In this document: piece by piece, positions 25,385-34,381 of the stretch | How positions within the stretch are numbered: the stretch's first letter is position 1 | Layout: each line of letters starts with the position of its first letter | Assembly: GCA_964578905.1 (NCBI GenBank) | Contig: CAZOER010000003.1 | Location: 1,375 to 65,374 of the forward strand | DNA from: an uncultured Candidatus Peribacteria bacterium | GTDB lineage: Bacteria; Patescibacteriota; Gracilibacteria; UBA4473 | Length of the DNA: 64,000 nucleotides | Reading direction: 5' to 3' | The notes under the pieces: generated by a model | What the model saw: only the letters and a program-made list of their open reading frames with translations | Database searches by the model: none | What the model was told of the DNA's origin: nothing | Translations under genes and position numbers: made by a program

Positions 25385-26401
25385 TTAGATTACCAATCGA
25401 GGATTTGCATCCACAAACTGTATTTTTGCGATTGCGGGATTTTTCTCATACAAGAAATATGCCACACTTCCGATCATCGCGGCATTATCGGTTGAATAGA
25501 TAAATTGATTCGTGGTGAAAAACTTCTTCTCCCAAGTCTCACACGTATTTTTTAATGCCTCTCGGAGTTGCTTGTTCGCAGAAACACCTCCCACGAAGTG
25601 GAACGATTTCACCTCAGGGTGTTTTTCAAAGGCTCGTTCTAACTTCTTCACACAGGTCTTCACAACTGTCTCCTGGAAACTCGCACAGACATTGGCGATA
25701 AAGGTTTCATCGGTAGGATCTTCACACGCTTCAACAGTTCGGTAAATGGCTGCCTTGAGCCCTGAGAAAGAAAAATTCAGAGAATCCGGTTCGAGCATAA
25801 TCACTGGAAAAGCAAACGAGGTTGGATCACCGGTTTCAGCGAGTTTAGAAACAATGGGGCCCCCAGGATATCCGAGTCCGAGCATCTTGGCGCATTTATC
25901 AAAAGCCTCTCCTGCTGCATCATCAATAGTTTGTCCAACTTTCCTAGTATCTGTGAAATTCTCACAAATATAAAAATCAGAGTGTCCTCCGGATGCCGTG
26001 AACGTCAACGAAGGAAATTCAAAGTCTTCAATATTTCTATCCAAAGCTACCGACGCCATGTGTCCGAGAATATGATGGACGGGGATAAGTGGTTTCTTTT
26101 TCAACAATGATAAAAAACTCGTCGCCGTTGTCCCCGTTAACAACGAAGTCTGCAGTCCTGGACCTTGTGTTACCGCAATCGCATCGATATCTTCGATTGT
26201 TACATTTGCCTCTTTTAAACATTGCTCCAACACAGCTCGCCAGTTCTCGGCATGAAGTCTGGCAGCGATTTCTGGAACAACGCCTCCGTATTCATGATGT
26301 TCGGTTTGTGTTTGTCTGACATTCGCCAGTACGTTCACACCATCCTCCACCACAGCAATCGCGGTGTCATCACAGGAGGTTTCAAAGGCGAGGATTTTCA
26401 T
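25385..26401 (-). CDS. tsaD: tRNA N6-adenosine threonylcarbamoyltransferase TsaD
   Basis: MKILAFETSCDDTAIAVV, VHHILGHM, GGVSAN. Confidence 0.9.
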   Translation of the reverse strand: MKILAFETSCDDTAIAVVEDGVNVLANVRQTQTEHHEYGGVVPEIAARLHAENWRAVLEQCLKEANVTIEDIDAIAVTQGPGLQTSLLTGTTATSFLSLLKKKPLIPVHHILGHMASVALDRNIEDFEFPSLTFTASGGHSDFYICENFTDTRKVGQTIDDAAGEAFDKCAKMLGLGYPGGPIVSKLAETGDPTSFAFPVIMLEPDSLNFSFSGLKAAIYRTVEACEDPTDETFIANVCASFQETVVKTCVKKLERAFEKHPEVKSFHFVGGVSANKQLREALKNTCETWEKKFFTTNQFIYSTDNAAMIGSVAYFLYEKNPAIAKIQFVDANPRLVI

Positions 26402-26481
26402 CGGGATGAAACATAGTAAAAAAGCACCAAGTAATCAATATAAATCGATTAGTATGGTGCTTAATTGTAATAGAATTGTCC

Positions 26482-26646
26482 TTAAGTGGACATATCTTCT
26501 TTAGGAACACCTCTGTTCCATGCGATAAGAAAATGAATTCCACCGCAGAAGAGAAAGATTCCAGATCCAAGTTGACCTGACAAAAGGAGCCAAGCTCCAA
26601 CGATGAGGATAAAAATTATCCAAGGCAATGCTGTTTCGTCTTTCAT
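26482..26646 (-). CDS. Possible 54-aa two-TM membrane peptide
   Basis: Own translation MKDETALPWIIFILIVGAWLLLSGQLGSGIFLFCGGIHFLIAWNRGVPKEDMST. Below the ORF-track cutoff. Follows two other small membrane genes on the same strand. Confidence 0.35.
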   Translation of the reverse strand: MKDETALPWIIFILIVGAWLLLSGQLGSGIFLFCGGIHFLIAWNRGVPKEDMST

Positions 26647-26657
26647 AATGTAAATTG

Positions 26658-27038
26658 TTAGCGTAAAGACCGACGGCTGTGAAATCTAGAAAAATTGTGA
26701 ACAAAGTTTTTAATCCAAAAAAAGAGGACAAGAAATCCACAACCAATTGCAATTCTGCGAGTCCACTCATCAAAAAATATGACAAGAAGAATGCAGATAA
26801 GAAAAAGACTGATAGTTCCCACAAGGGAAATTCTTTTCCACGCCCACTCTTTGAATGGAACACGGTTTTCGTGATACCATCGACCATGAATAAGGAGTGC
26901 AAAGAGACTAGCGCCTAAGCAAAACAATCCTTCTGGGGTGTTTTGAATAATACTGATAATTGCGCCTCCAAGTCCTAGTGTATAAAACACAAAGAAAGGA
27001 AGAAGCGGCGGTTTAGAAGAAATTACTTTTTGTTTCAT
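26658..27038 (-). CDS. Small polytopic membrane protein, unknown function
   Basis: 126 aa with 3-4 hydrophobic helices (LLPFFVFYTLGLGGAIISII, LFCLGASLFALLI, LVGTISLFLICILLVIFF). Confidence 0.5.
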   Translation of the reverse strand: MKQKVISSKPPLLPFFVFYTLGLGGAIISIIQNTPEGLFCLGASLFALLIHGRWYHENRVPFKEWAWKRISLVGTISLFLICILLVIFFDEWTRRIAIGCGFLVLFFWIKNFVHNFSRFHSRRSLR

Positions 27039-27348
27039 ATCGTGGTTTTGTTTTTAATGAATTCTTAATATATAAGAAAGGCATTACGGCATACATAATC
27101 AACACAAAGAGTCTGTGAACAAGAAATTCAAACGAGTCTTTCCAGTCGAACCCATGCCAATTTTTAATTAATGGCGGTTGGTTCATACAATGCCACCATG
27201 CAGGATAGGCAAACATGACTATTCCTGACAAAATTAAAGAGGTTCCTCTTTCAACAGAGAAGAATCCTTCAAGCATAATCCAGACCACAAAGGCGAGACC
27301 AAGTCCGATAAATATCGATAACGTTGGATTTTTATTCGATTTTTTCAT
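27013..27348 (-). CDS. Small polytopic membrane protein, unknown function
   Basis: Start set at MKKSNKNP (ATG 27348). Helices LSIFIGLGLAFVVWIML, LILSGIVMFAY, LFVLIMYAVMPFLY. Confidence 0.5.
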   Translation of the reverse strand: MKKSNKNPTLSIFIGLGLAFVVWIMLEGFFSVERGTSLILSGIVMFAYPAWWHCMNQPPLIKNWHGFDWKDSFEFLVHRLFVLIMYAVMPFLYIKNSLKTKPRYETKSNFF

Positions 27349-27570
27349 AGCGCAGAATATTTTAAATTTAACAATTATTTTATTTACAAGTTTCAAAGAA
27401 CAATTCTATTAATTATGACAATGCTGTGCACGCGTAGTGCAGTCGCAAATATGTCATAACGAGACATATTTAATGCAAACAACACCAATCGTCAAGTTCT
27501 GATCGGTTTTTGGACAAAAGATTTTTTTCCTGCTACCGTTCTGTCGAAAAATTAAATACACATTATTAAA

Positions 27571-29886
27571 ATGACAAAAAATCTAGTGATTGTGGAGAGT
27601 CCTGCCAAAGCAAAAACAATTGAAAAGTTCCTTGGCAAAGACTTTACGGTGAAATCGAGTTTTGGACATATCAGAGATTTGCCAAAAAAAGGCATGTCGA
27701 TTGATATAGAAGGAGGAACATTTGAACCGACGTATGAAGTTTCCACGGACAAGAAAAAGACCGTGACGGAGCTGAAGAAGCTCTCAAAAGATGCAATCGT
27801 TTGGCTCGCTGCCGATGAAGATCGAGAAGGGGAAGCCATTGCGTGGCATTTGAAAGAAGCTTTGAAACTGGACCCAAAGAAAACAAAACGAATTGTATTT
27901 CACGAAATTACAAAACCAGCGATTTTGCACGCTGTAGAAAATCCACGGGAACTCGATACAAATCTTGTTGATGCGCAACAAGCTCGACGAGTGCTCGATC
28001 GATTAGTTGGATACGAACTCTCTCCAGTGCTCTGGAAAAAGGTCCGAACAGGACTCTCAGCTGGACGTGTGCAGTCAGTGGCGGTTCGAATCATTGTGGA
28101 ACGAGAACGGGAAATTGATGCGTTTAGCTCATCATCAACGTTTAAAATTACTGCCGAGTTTGATCTCGGAGGAGGAAAGGTCCTCAAAGCGGAACTTCCA
28201 AAGAAATTTGAAACAGCGGAAGAAGCGAAAGCATTTCTTGAATCTTGCAAAGGAGCGGACTTCCAGGTGGCCGATCTGGAAAAGTCACCCGGAAAACGTT
28301 CTCCATCAGCACCGTTTACGACTTCAACGCTTCAACAGGAAGCCAGTCGGAAACTCGGGTTCTCAGTGAAACAAACGATGACGGTCGCACAGAAATTGTA
28401 CGAAGCGGGAAAAATTACCTACATGCGTACTGATTCCGTGAACTTATCGGATCTTGCTCTCGGGCAAGCGGGAAATGAAATTGAATCACGATACGGGAAA
28501 GAGTTTGTTCAAATCAGAAAATACAAAACGAAAGCATCTGGAGCCCAAGAAGCGCATGAGGCTATTCGTCCAACTGATCTTTCTCAAGACGGGGTATCAG
28601 GGGATGGAGGACAAGAAAAATTGTACAGCTTGATCTGGAAACGAACGATTGCTTCGCAAATGGCGGAAGCAAAATTGGAAAAAACAACAGCGAAAATTGA
28701 TATCTCTACGAACAAAACACAACTTGTTGCGAAAGGAGAGGTAGTGAAATTCGAAGGATTCTTGAAAGTCTACTTTGAGAGTACAGATGAAGAAAATGGA
28801 GACGATCCATTGGCAAAAAAGATGTTGCCTCCGATTAAAGTCGGACAAGATTTGAAACTCGATGTGATGCAGGGGTTGGAGACTTTCTCCCGTCCACCAG
28901 CACGATACACTGAGGCGAGCTTGGTGAAAAAAATGGAAGAAATGGGAATTGGTCGACCGTCTACGTACGCGCCGACAATTTCTACCATTCAAGACCGAGG
29001 GTATGTTGAAAAAGGAGATTTGGAAGGAAAAGAACGGAATCTTCAAATCTTTCTCCTCAAAAATGATACGGTTTCTGATGAAGTAAAAACGGAAGTCACG
29101 GGAGCCGATAAATCAAAACTTCTTCCAACAGATATTGGAAATGTGGTAACGGATTTCTTGGTAAAACACTTCCCGAAAATTGTTGATTACAACTTCACGG
29201 TTCAAGTGGAGGAAGAATTTGATTCGATTTCACACGGAAAACAAAAGTGGAACAAAATGATCTCAGAGTTCTATACACCATTCCGCGCGACGGTTGATGC
29301 GGCGGCGGATATCTCTCGAGAAGAAGCACAACAAACACGAGAATTGGGAATCGATCCAGAGAGTGGGAAACCAGTCTTGGTGAGAGTTGGACGATATGGA
29401 CCAATGTTTCAGATCGGAACAAAAGACGACGAAGAAAAACCACGATTCGCATCTCTTCCAGCAGGAAAAAAGATGGACGACGTGACATTGGAAGAAGCAT
29501 TGGAGCTCTTCAAACTTCCACGAATTATCGGACAAACGAAAGATGGAGAAGATATCGGAGCGAACTTCGGACGATTCGGACCGTATATTAAATTTGGAAC
29601 AAAATTTGTTTCTATCAAACCAGATGATCCATTCACAATTACATTAGAACGAGCCTTGGAATTGATTGAAGAAAAGAAAATAGCGGACAAAGAGAAATTC
29701 ATCCAAACATTTGAAGGTTCAGATATTCAAGTTCTCAAAGGGCAATACGGACCGTACATTACGGACGGAAAGAAGAATGCGAAGATTCCAAAAGACAAAA
29801 AACCAGAAAAATTGACGCTCAAAGAATGCGAAGAAATGATCGCAACGGCTCCTGCCAAAAAGAAACGACGGTTTATCAAGAAATAA
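27571..29886 (+). CDS. topA: DNA topoisomerase I (C-terminal GxxGPY repeats, no Zn ribbons)
   Basis: Toprim VIVESPAKAKTIEKFLG, active-site ITYMRTDS. C-terminal GRYGPMFQIG, GRFGPYIKFG, GQYGPYITDG. Confidence 0.95.
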   Translation: MTKNLVIVESPAKAKTIEKFLGKDFTVKSSFGHIRDLPKKGMSIDIEGGTFEPTYEVSTDKKKTVTELKKLSKDAIVWLAADEDREGEAIAWHLKEALKLDPKKTKRIVFHEITKPAILHAVENPRELDTNLVDAQQARRVLDRLVGYELSPVLWKKVRTGLSAGRVQSVAVRIIVEREREIDAFSSSSTFKITAEFDLGGGKVLKAELPKKFETAEEAKAFLESCKGADFQVADLEKSPGKRSPSAPFTTSTLQQEASRKLGFSVKQTMTVAQKLYEAGKITYMRTDSVNLSDLALGQAGNEIESRYGKEFVQIRKYKTKASGAQEAHEAIRPTDLSQDGVSGDGGQEKLYSLIWKRTIASQMAEAKLEKTTAKIDISTNKTQLVAKGEVVKFEGFLKVYFESTDEENGDDPLAKKMLPPIKVGQDLKLDVMQGLETFSRPPARYTEASLVKKMEEMGIGRPSTYAPTISTIQDRGYVEKGDLEGKERNLQIFLLKNDTVSDEVKTEVTGADKSKLLPTDIGNVVTDFLVKHFPKIVDYNFTVQVEEEFDSISHGKQKWNKMISEFYTPFRATVDAAADISREEAQQTRELGIDPESGKPVLVRVGRYGPMFQIGTKDDEEKPRFASLPAGKKMDDVTLEEALELFKLPRIIGQTKDGEDIGANFGRFGPYIKFGTKFVSIKPDDPFTITLERALELIEEKKIADKEKFIQTFEGSDIQVLKGQYGPYITDGKKNAKIPKDKKPEKLTLKECEEMIATAPAKKKRRFIKK

Positions 29887-29892
29887 AACGCT

Positions 29893-30228
29893 TTATTTTT
29901 TGTAGCTGTAGATTAAATACAAAATCCCTGGAACAAAGGGCATAGTCATTACTATGCTCGGATCTTCCCACGTAATAAGGGCTATAAGCCAGCCAATTAT
30001 TAAAGGAATACTGATGAGGTATCCTGCGATTTTTTCCCATCGCCATCCAATTATAAATCCGACAAGAAAGAGTGGTGTAATGAGGAGCCATGTATTTTCA
30101 ACAAGAGACATCGTGGCATCGGGAATGGGAAACCCATACCCAAGATAAAAAGGGAAAATCAATAAAAATAATAATGTTCCACTAATTCTGGCAGTCCATT
30201 TAATGGTACTGAGTGTTTTTGCCTTCAT
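29893..30228 (-). CDS. Small polytopic membrane protein, unknown function
   Basis: 111 aa with 4 hydrophobic segments. Confidence 0.45.
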   Translation of the reverse strand: MKAKTLSTIKWTARISGTLLFLLIFPFYLGYGFPIPDATMSLVENTWLLITPLFLVGFIIGWRWEKIAGYLISIPLIIGWLIALITWEDPSIVMTMPFVPGILYLIYSYKK

Positions 30229-30244
30229 GATCTATTTTAAAAAG

Positions 30245-30320
30245 TGGTGGGCGAGGCAGGAATTGAACCTGCCACCAAAGCGTTATGAGCGCCCTGCTCT
30301 AACCACTGAGCTACTCGCCC
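30245..30320 (-). tRNA. tRNA with CAU anticodon (elongator Met or Ile2), CCA encoded
   Basis: Reverse complement GGGCGAG-TA-GCTC-AGTGGTTA-GAGC-A-GGGCG-CTCATAA-CGCTT-...GCAGG-TTCAATT-CCTGC-CTCGCCC-A-CCA. It lacks the 3 G-C anticodon-stem pairs of initiator tRNA. Confidence 0.85.
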
Positions 30321-30366
30321 GTTTGAGGTGATTGTACTGAAATACAACAATTTTTGAAGAGCAATA

Positions 30367-31275
30367 TTATCGCCACTCAAACGCATCATATATCCATGAG
30401 ATGAGTTTTTTGGTTTCTCCGAAACGATCTTGAGAACCGAGGATGACGGTGAGAACTTCGTCTCCGCCCTTTGTTTCCCCGAGTGCTACGAAGCATTCTC
30501 CGGCAAAGTAGGTGAATCCCGTCTTCATTCCTTTTAAGTTCAAGAAACTGCTGAGGAGTTTATTCGTCGTTGCTTTTTCATGAAAGAATTTCCCATCCAC
30601 AGAGGTTCCCTCGAAGTAAGGTTTCGCAACAGCGGTCTTCACAAACTTATTCTGTAGCAAGATTCGAGCCAAGGTTAATACGTCGTATGCCGACATAGAA
30701 TTCCCCCAGACCTCTGTTTGCTCCTCATCTATTATATCCAAGCCCGTTGAGTTATAGAACTTCGCAGAGTGGAGCTTGAGCTCTTTTGCTCGTGCGTTCA
30801 TTTCTCTCACAAATTCTGCCTCTGATCCTGAATGGAAGATGGCGAGCGTTACCGCCGCATCGTTCGCAGAACCAATCAAAATTGCCTCAACGAGTGTGCC
30901 AACCGTAAATTGTTCATACTCATAGACGTCAATTGTAGAGCTGTTCACCAGTGTTGCCTCAATCGGAACCGTTACCACTTCATCAAGTTCGTGGTTCTCC
31001 AGAATCAACATCGCCGTCATCAACTTAGAAATCGAAGCGATGGGTTGCGATCGGTGTGCACGTTCAGAGAGAAGAACCTTTCCAGATCCTAAATCCATAG
31101 CAAGAACTGCCGTTTGCGTATTTTCTAGCAATTTCGGGGCAACACGATTGGATGCTTTTTCAGGAACTTTTGCCAACTCCAAAATCTCAATATTCGGGAG
31201 TACATCAATGTTTTGTCCCGTTGGAATGTCGTGGGAATTGAGAGACAAAAGCGCAAAAACGATGAATTCTAACAT
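30367..31275 (-). CDS. Serine-type D-Ala-D-Ala carboxypeptidase (PBP5/S11 family)
   Basis: SxxK motif IASISKLMT, KTG motif MKTGFT. Confidence 0.8.
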   Translation of the reverse strand: MLEFIVFALLSLNSHDIPTGQNIDVLPNIEILELAKVPEKASNRVAPKLLENTQTAVLAMDLGSGKVLLSERAHRSQPIASISKLMTAMLILENHELDEVVTVPIEATLVNSSTIDVYEYEQFTVGTLVEAILIGSANDAAVTLAIFHSGSEAEFVREMNARAKELKLHSAKFYNSTGLDIIDEEQTEVWGNSMSAYDVLTLARILLQNKFVKTAVAKPYFEGTSVDGKFFHEKATTNKLLSSFLNLKGMKTGFTYFAGECFVALGETKGGDEVLTVILGSQDRFGETKKLISWIYDAFEWR

Positions 31276-31368
31276 CGGGAGCAGTGTAGTTTTTTTGGTC
31301 GGTTTATCAAGGTGGGGGCTCTTTTATTAAATAAAGAATATTGACGAAATAAAAAAAATAGATAAAAG

Positions 31369-31540
31369 GAGTCTGTTCTTTTTGTGAGAGTTATTTTTCA
31401 TAATCTCTTACAGAGAGTAAGAACACATCGGGACGTGGGCTCTACATGGGAGAGCAATAGATCAATGATCTAAGTCAGTTCGATCCTGGCCGTCGCGACA
31501 AACAGACTCCAACGCTTTTGCCGCGGAGTCTACTTTTTAT
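31369..31540. other. Structured intergenic region with nested inverted repeats and a tRNA-like T-arm (candidate ncRNA or tRNA remnant)
   Basis: GGAGTCTGTT (31369-31378) pairs with AACAGACTCC (31501-31510). GACTCC also pairs with GGAGTC (31525-31530), followed by TACTTTTTATTT. Internal GTCAG-TTCGATC-CTGGC T-arm-like hairpin. Confidence 0.3.
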
Positions 31541-32934
31541 TTCACGTGCCACGTCTGTCCCTCAGAACCATCGCGCACCTCAACATTAAACTTCTCCAAG
31601 AGTTCATCACGAATCTGGTCTGACTTTGCCCATTCTTTCTCTTCACGGGCCGTTTGTCGTGCTTGTACAAGTGTTTCAATCTCAGTCGTTTTTTCTCCGG
31701 AAATTTTCTCCTGTTCCAAACCTACCGCAAAGACGGGTTCAAAATCGTTTTCAAGAAAGTAACGAACCTCGGGTCCGGACCCGACTTCAATAATCTCGTG
31801 CACAACTGCGAGTGCGCTCGGGACATTGAGATCATCAAATAACATTCGTTTGTAATCGAGTGTTTTATCGAAGATAGCGCCTTCTGTCGCTTGTTTTGAT
31901 TCAGATGATGCAGAATAAGCCTCTCTGATTTTTTGAATATTTTTCCGAGATTCTTCGAGCCTGTCTTCGGAGAAACTAAACTCAGTTTTATAGTGTGATT
32001 TGAGCAGTGTAAACCTGATCTCTTCACCCTTCCATCCCTTCTCCAATAAATCCCGAATCGTGTAGAAATTCCCTGCAGATTTAGACATCTTCTTGCCGTC
32101 CACCAAAAGGTGCTTCACATGAAGCCAGTAGTTCACGGATTTTTTTCCGCCATTGGAACATTCATTCTGTGCAATTTCACATTCGTGATGTGGAAAAATA
32201 TTATCTTCTCCTCCGGTGTGAATATCGAACTGGTCGCCAAGAATCTTTCGACTCATGGCAGAACACTCAATGTGCCATCCAGGGAAACCCTTTCCCCAAG
32301 GACTGTCCCACTGCATGAGGTGGTTTTCATCAGCCTTTTTCCAGAGAGCAAAATCAAGAGGATTTTCTTTTTCACTGTTTACTTCGATACGCGCTCCTGC
32401 CTGCAAATCTTCGATTTTATTTTTTGATAACTGTCCGTATTTCTCGTACTTGGTTGTTCGGAAATACACAGAACCATTTACTTCGTATGCGTATCCTTCA
32501 TCAACTAACTTTTGCGCGAGATCAATTTGCTCTTGAATGAAATCGGTTGCCCGTGGATAAAAATTCGTTGGCTCCATACGCAGGACATCCGCGTCCTCTA
32601 AGAACGCTTCTTCATATCGTTTCGCTATCGCAAACGGATCAATTTTTTCCGCCTTCGCTTTCTTTGTAATCTTATCTTCTCCCTGATTGTCGACAGAACC
32701 ATCATTCGTCAGATGTCCGACATCAGTAATGTTCATCACCTTCATAACATCGTAGCCCGCATATTTAAATACTCTCGTCAGCAAATCAGAAAAGAGGAAA
32801 GACCTGAAGTTTCCAATGTGTGCGTAGTCATAGACCGTTGGTCCACAGCAGTACATTTTCACTTTTCCATCTTCAAGTGGTTCGAATTTTTCCTTCTGTC
32901 CCGTTAACGTATTGTGCAAAAAAATATCCGTCAT
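31537..32934 (-). CDS. cysS: Cysteine--tRNA ligase
   Basis: CGPTVYDYAHIGNFRSF (HIGH), KMSKS. Start set at MTDIFLHNTL (ATG 32934). Confidence 0.95.
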   Translation of the reverse strand: MTDIFLHNTLTGQKEKFEPLEDGKVKMYCCGPTVYDYAHIGNFRSFLFSDLLTRVFKYAGYDVMKVMNITDVGHLTNDGSVDNQGEDKITKKAKAEKIDPFAIAKRYEEAFLEDADVLRMEPTNFYPRATDFIQEQIDLAQKLVDEGYAYEVNGSVYFRTTKYEKYGQLSKNKIEDLQAGARIEVNSEKENPLDFALWKKADENHLMQWDSPWGKGFPGWHIECSAMSRKILGDQFDIHTGGEDNIFPHHECEIAQNECSNGGKKSVNYWLHVKHLLVDGKKMSKSAGNFYTIRDLLEKGWKGEEIRFTLLKSHYKTEFSFSEDRLEESRKNIQKIREAYSASSESKQATEGAIFDKTLDYKRMLFDDLNVPSALAVVHEIIEVGSGPEVRYFLENDFEPVFAVGLEQEKISGEKTTEIETLVQARQTAREEKEWAKSDQIRDELLEKFNVEVRDGSEGQTWHVK

Positions 32935-32976
32935 CAAGCGGATAATAATGCGATTGGACGTTTCAGACAACCTGAA

Positions 32977-33525
32977 TTACCCCGTTTTGATCTGATTAAA
33001 GAAGTCAGATTTGAGACTTGGGTCGGTTTTGAATTCTCCTCGGAAACACGTCGTGATGGTTTGTGCGTCAGCTTTCTTTGCTCCTCGTCCACACATACAC
33101 AAATGCTTTCCGTCCAGTTGCACAGCCACACCTTTTGGTTTTAATTCTTCAAACAAAGTGTTGGCAACCTGCATCGTGAGTCGTTCTTGATTTTGTAATC
33201 GTTTTGCAAAAATATCCAAAATTCGAGGAATCTTCGACAATCCTGTGATTCGTTTATCGGGAATGTAGGCGATGTGTGCTTTTCCAAAAAATGGAATCAT
33301 GTGGTGTTCGCACATAGAAAAATATTCAATGTCTTTCACCAAAATCATCTCCTCGTATCCATTCGCATCAAACGTCTTGAGCTCCTTTGTAGCATCTTGA
33401 TCGTATCCAGAAAAATATTCTTTGTGAGCCTTTGCAATACGTTTCGGTGTTTCCACCAAATCAGGACGATTGGGATCTTCTCCAATGTTTTTCAGAATTT
33501 CTACAATTGCGTCTTCGGTTTTCAT
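32977..33525 (-). CDS. folE: GTP cyclohydrolase I
   Basis: FSMCEHHMIPFFGKAHIAYIP, RLQNQERLT. Confidence 0.9.
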   Translation of the reverse strand: MKTEDAIVEILKNIGEDPNRPDLVETPKRIAKAHKEYFSGYDQDATKELKTFDANGYEEMILVKDIEYFSMCEHHMIPFFGKAHIAYIPDKRITGLSKIPRILDIFAKRLQNQERLTMQVANTLFEELKPKGVAVQLDGKHLCMCGRGAKKADAQTITTCFRGEFKTDPSLKSDFFNQIKTG

Positions 33526-33968
33526 TCGTGATCAAATAAGTTTCTTAGTGCGCCTAATGTAGGGATTTCAAAATTTTCGTCAACGAGTTCACTCAGTGGC
33601 TCAAGGACAAATGGTCGATTGGCAATGCCCGGATGGGGGATTATTAAATCTTCAGTTTTTAAAACCTCATCATTGAAAATCAAAATATCGAGATCCAATG
33701 TTCGATCAGACCATCGTTTTTCTCGTACGCGTTCGTGTTCGTTTTCTACGGCCTGCAACACCTTCAAGAACATCTCCGGCGCGAGATCAGTCTCAATCTG
33801 CCACACAGCATTCGAAAATTCATTCTTCGCAACACCACCATACGGGGGGTTTTTGAGAATGTTTGATTTTCCAACTACATGAATCTTTTTCTCTTTCAGA
33901 GACACCTCAGCACTGCGAAATATTTTTTCCGCATCTCCGATAGAGGAGCCGAGTCCGATAAAAATCAT
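33522..33968 (-). CDS. folK: 2-amino-4-hydroxy-6-hydroxymethyldihydropterin pyrophosphokinase
   Basis: IFIGLGSSIGD, RWSDRTLDLDIL, IPHPGIANRPFVLEPL. ATGA overlaps at both ends (33522-33525, 33965-33968). Confidence 0.85.
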   Translation of the reverse strand: MIFIGLGSSIGDAEKIFRSAEVSLKEKKIHVVGKSNILKNPPYGGVAKNEFSNAVWQIETDLAPEMFLKVLQAVENEHERVREKRWSDRTLDLDILIFNDEVLKTEDLIIPHPGIANRPFVLEPLSELVDENFEIPTLGALRNLFDHE

Positions 33969-34381
33969 TTTTGAAAAAAGAGAACCAGTCCGATACCCAT
34001 CGCAGCGAGGACGATACCTAGTATTTGTAACCAATGAAGATGTTCTTTAAAAAAGAAAATAGAGGCAAGCGTTGCGAGGATAATTGATATTTCAATAATG
34101 ACCGACACCGGACCAATCTTTCCACCAGCATTGAGTGACAGAATAAGTGATAGAGTAGTTATGAGCGCGAAAGATAATAAAATTCCGAGTGGAATTGCAG
34201 CGGGGTCAAACCAAGTTTTATGAAATATTTTTGAACCAACGAGTCCAATTATAATTCCAGCAATTCCTGAAATTACGAGAGGGGAGAATGGGTTTTGTGA
34301 AGGAAAAAGCTTCGGTCCTATGTACCAAAGGGTAGATCCAAACATGGCAACAAAAGCCCAAAGTATCCACATTTTATTCAA
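33965..34381 (-). CDS. Small 4-TM EamA/DMT-like membrane protein inside the purB-folK-folE operon
   Basis: 138 aa with four hydrophobic helices. Overlaps the purB stop by 8 nt and the folK start by 4 nt. Confidence 0.5.
   Translation of the reverse strand: MNKMWILWAFVAMFGSTLWYIGPKLFPSQNPFSPLVISGIAGIIIGLVGSKIFHKTWFDPAAIPLGILLSFALITTLSLILSLNAGGKIGPVSVIIEISIILATLASIFFFKEHLHWLQILGIVLAAMGIGLVLFFQK

Noticed and set aside
27571-29886. TopA lacking C-terminal zinc ribbons, considered as an anomaly
   Set aside because: Cys-free C-terminal GxxGPY repeat domains are a known TopA variant (for example in actinobacteria), so this is not unusual by itself.
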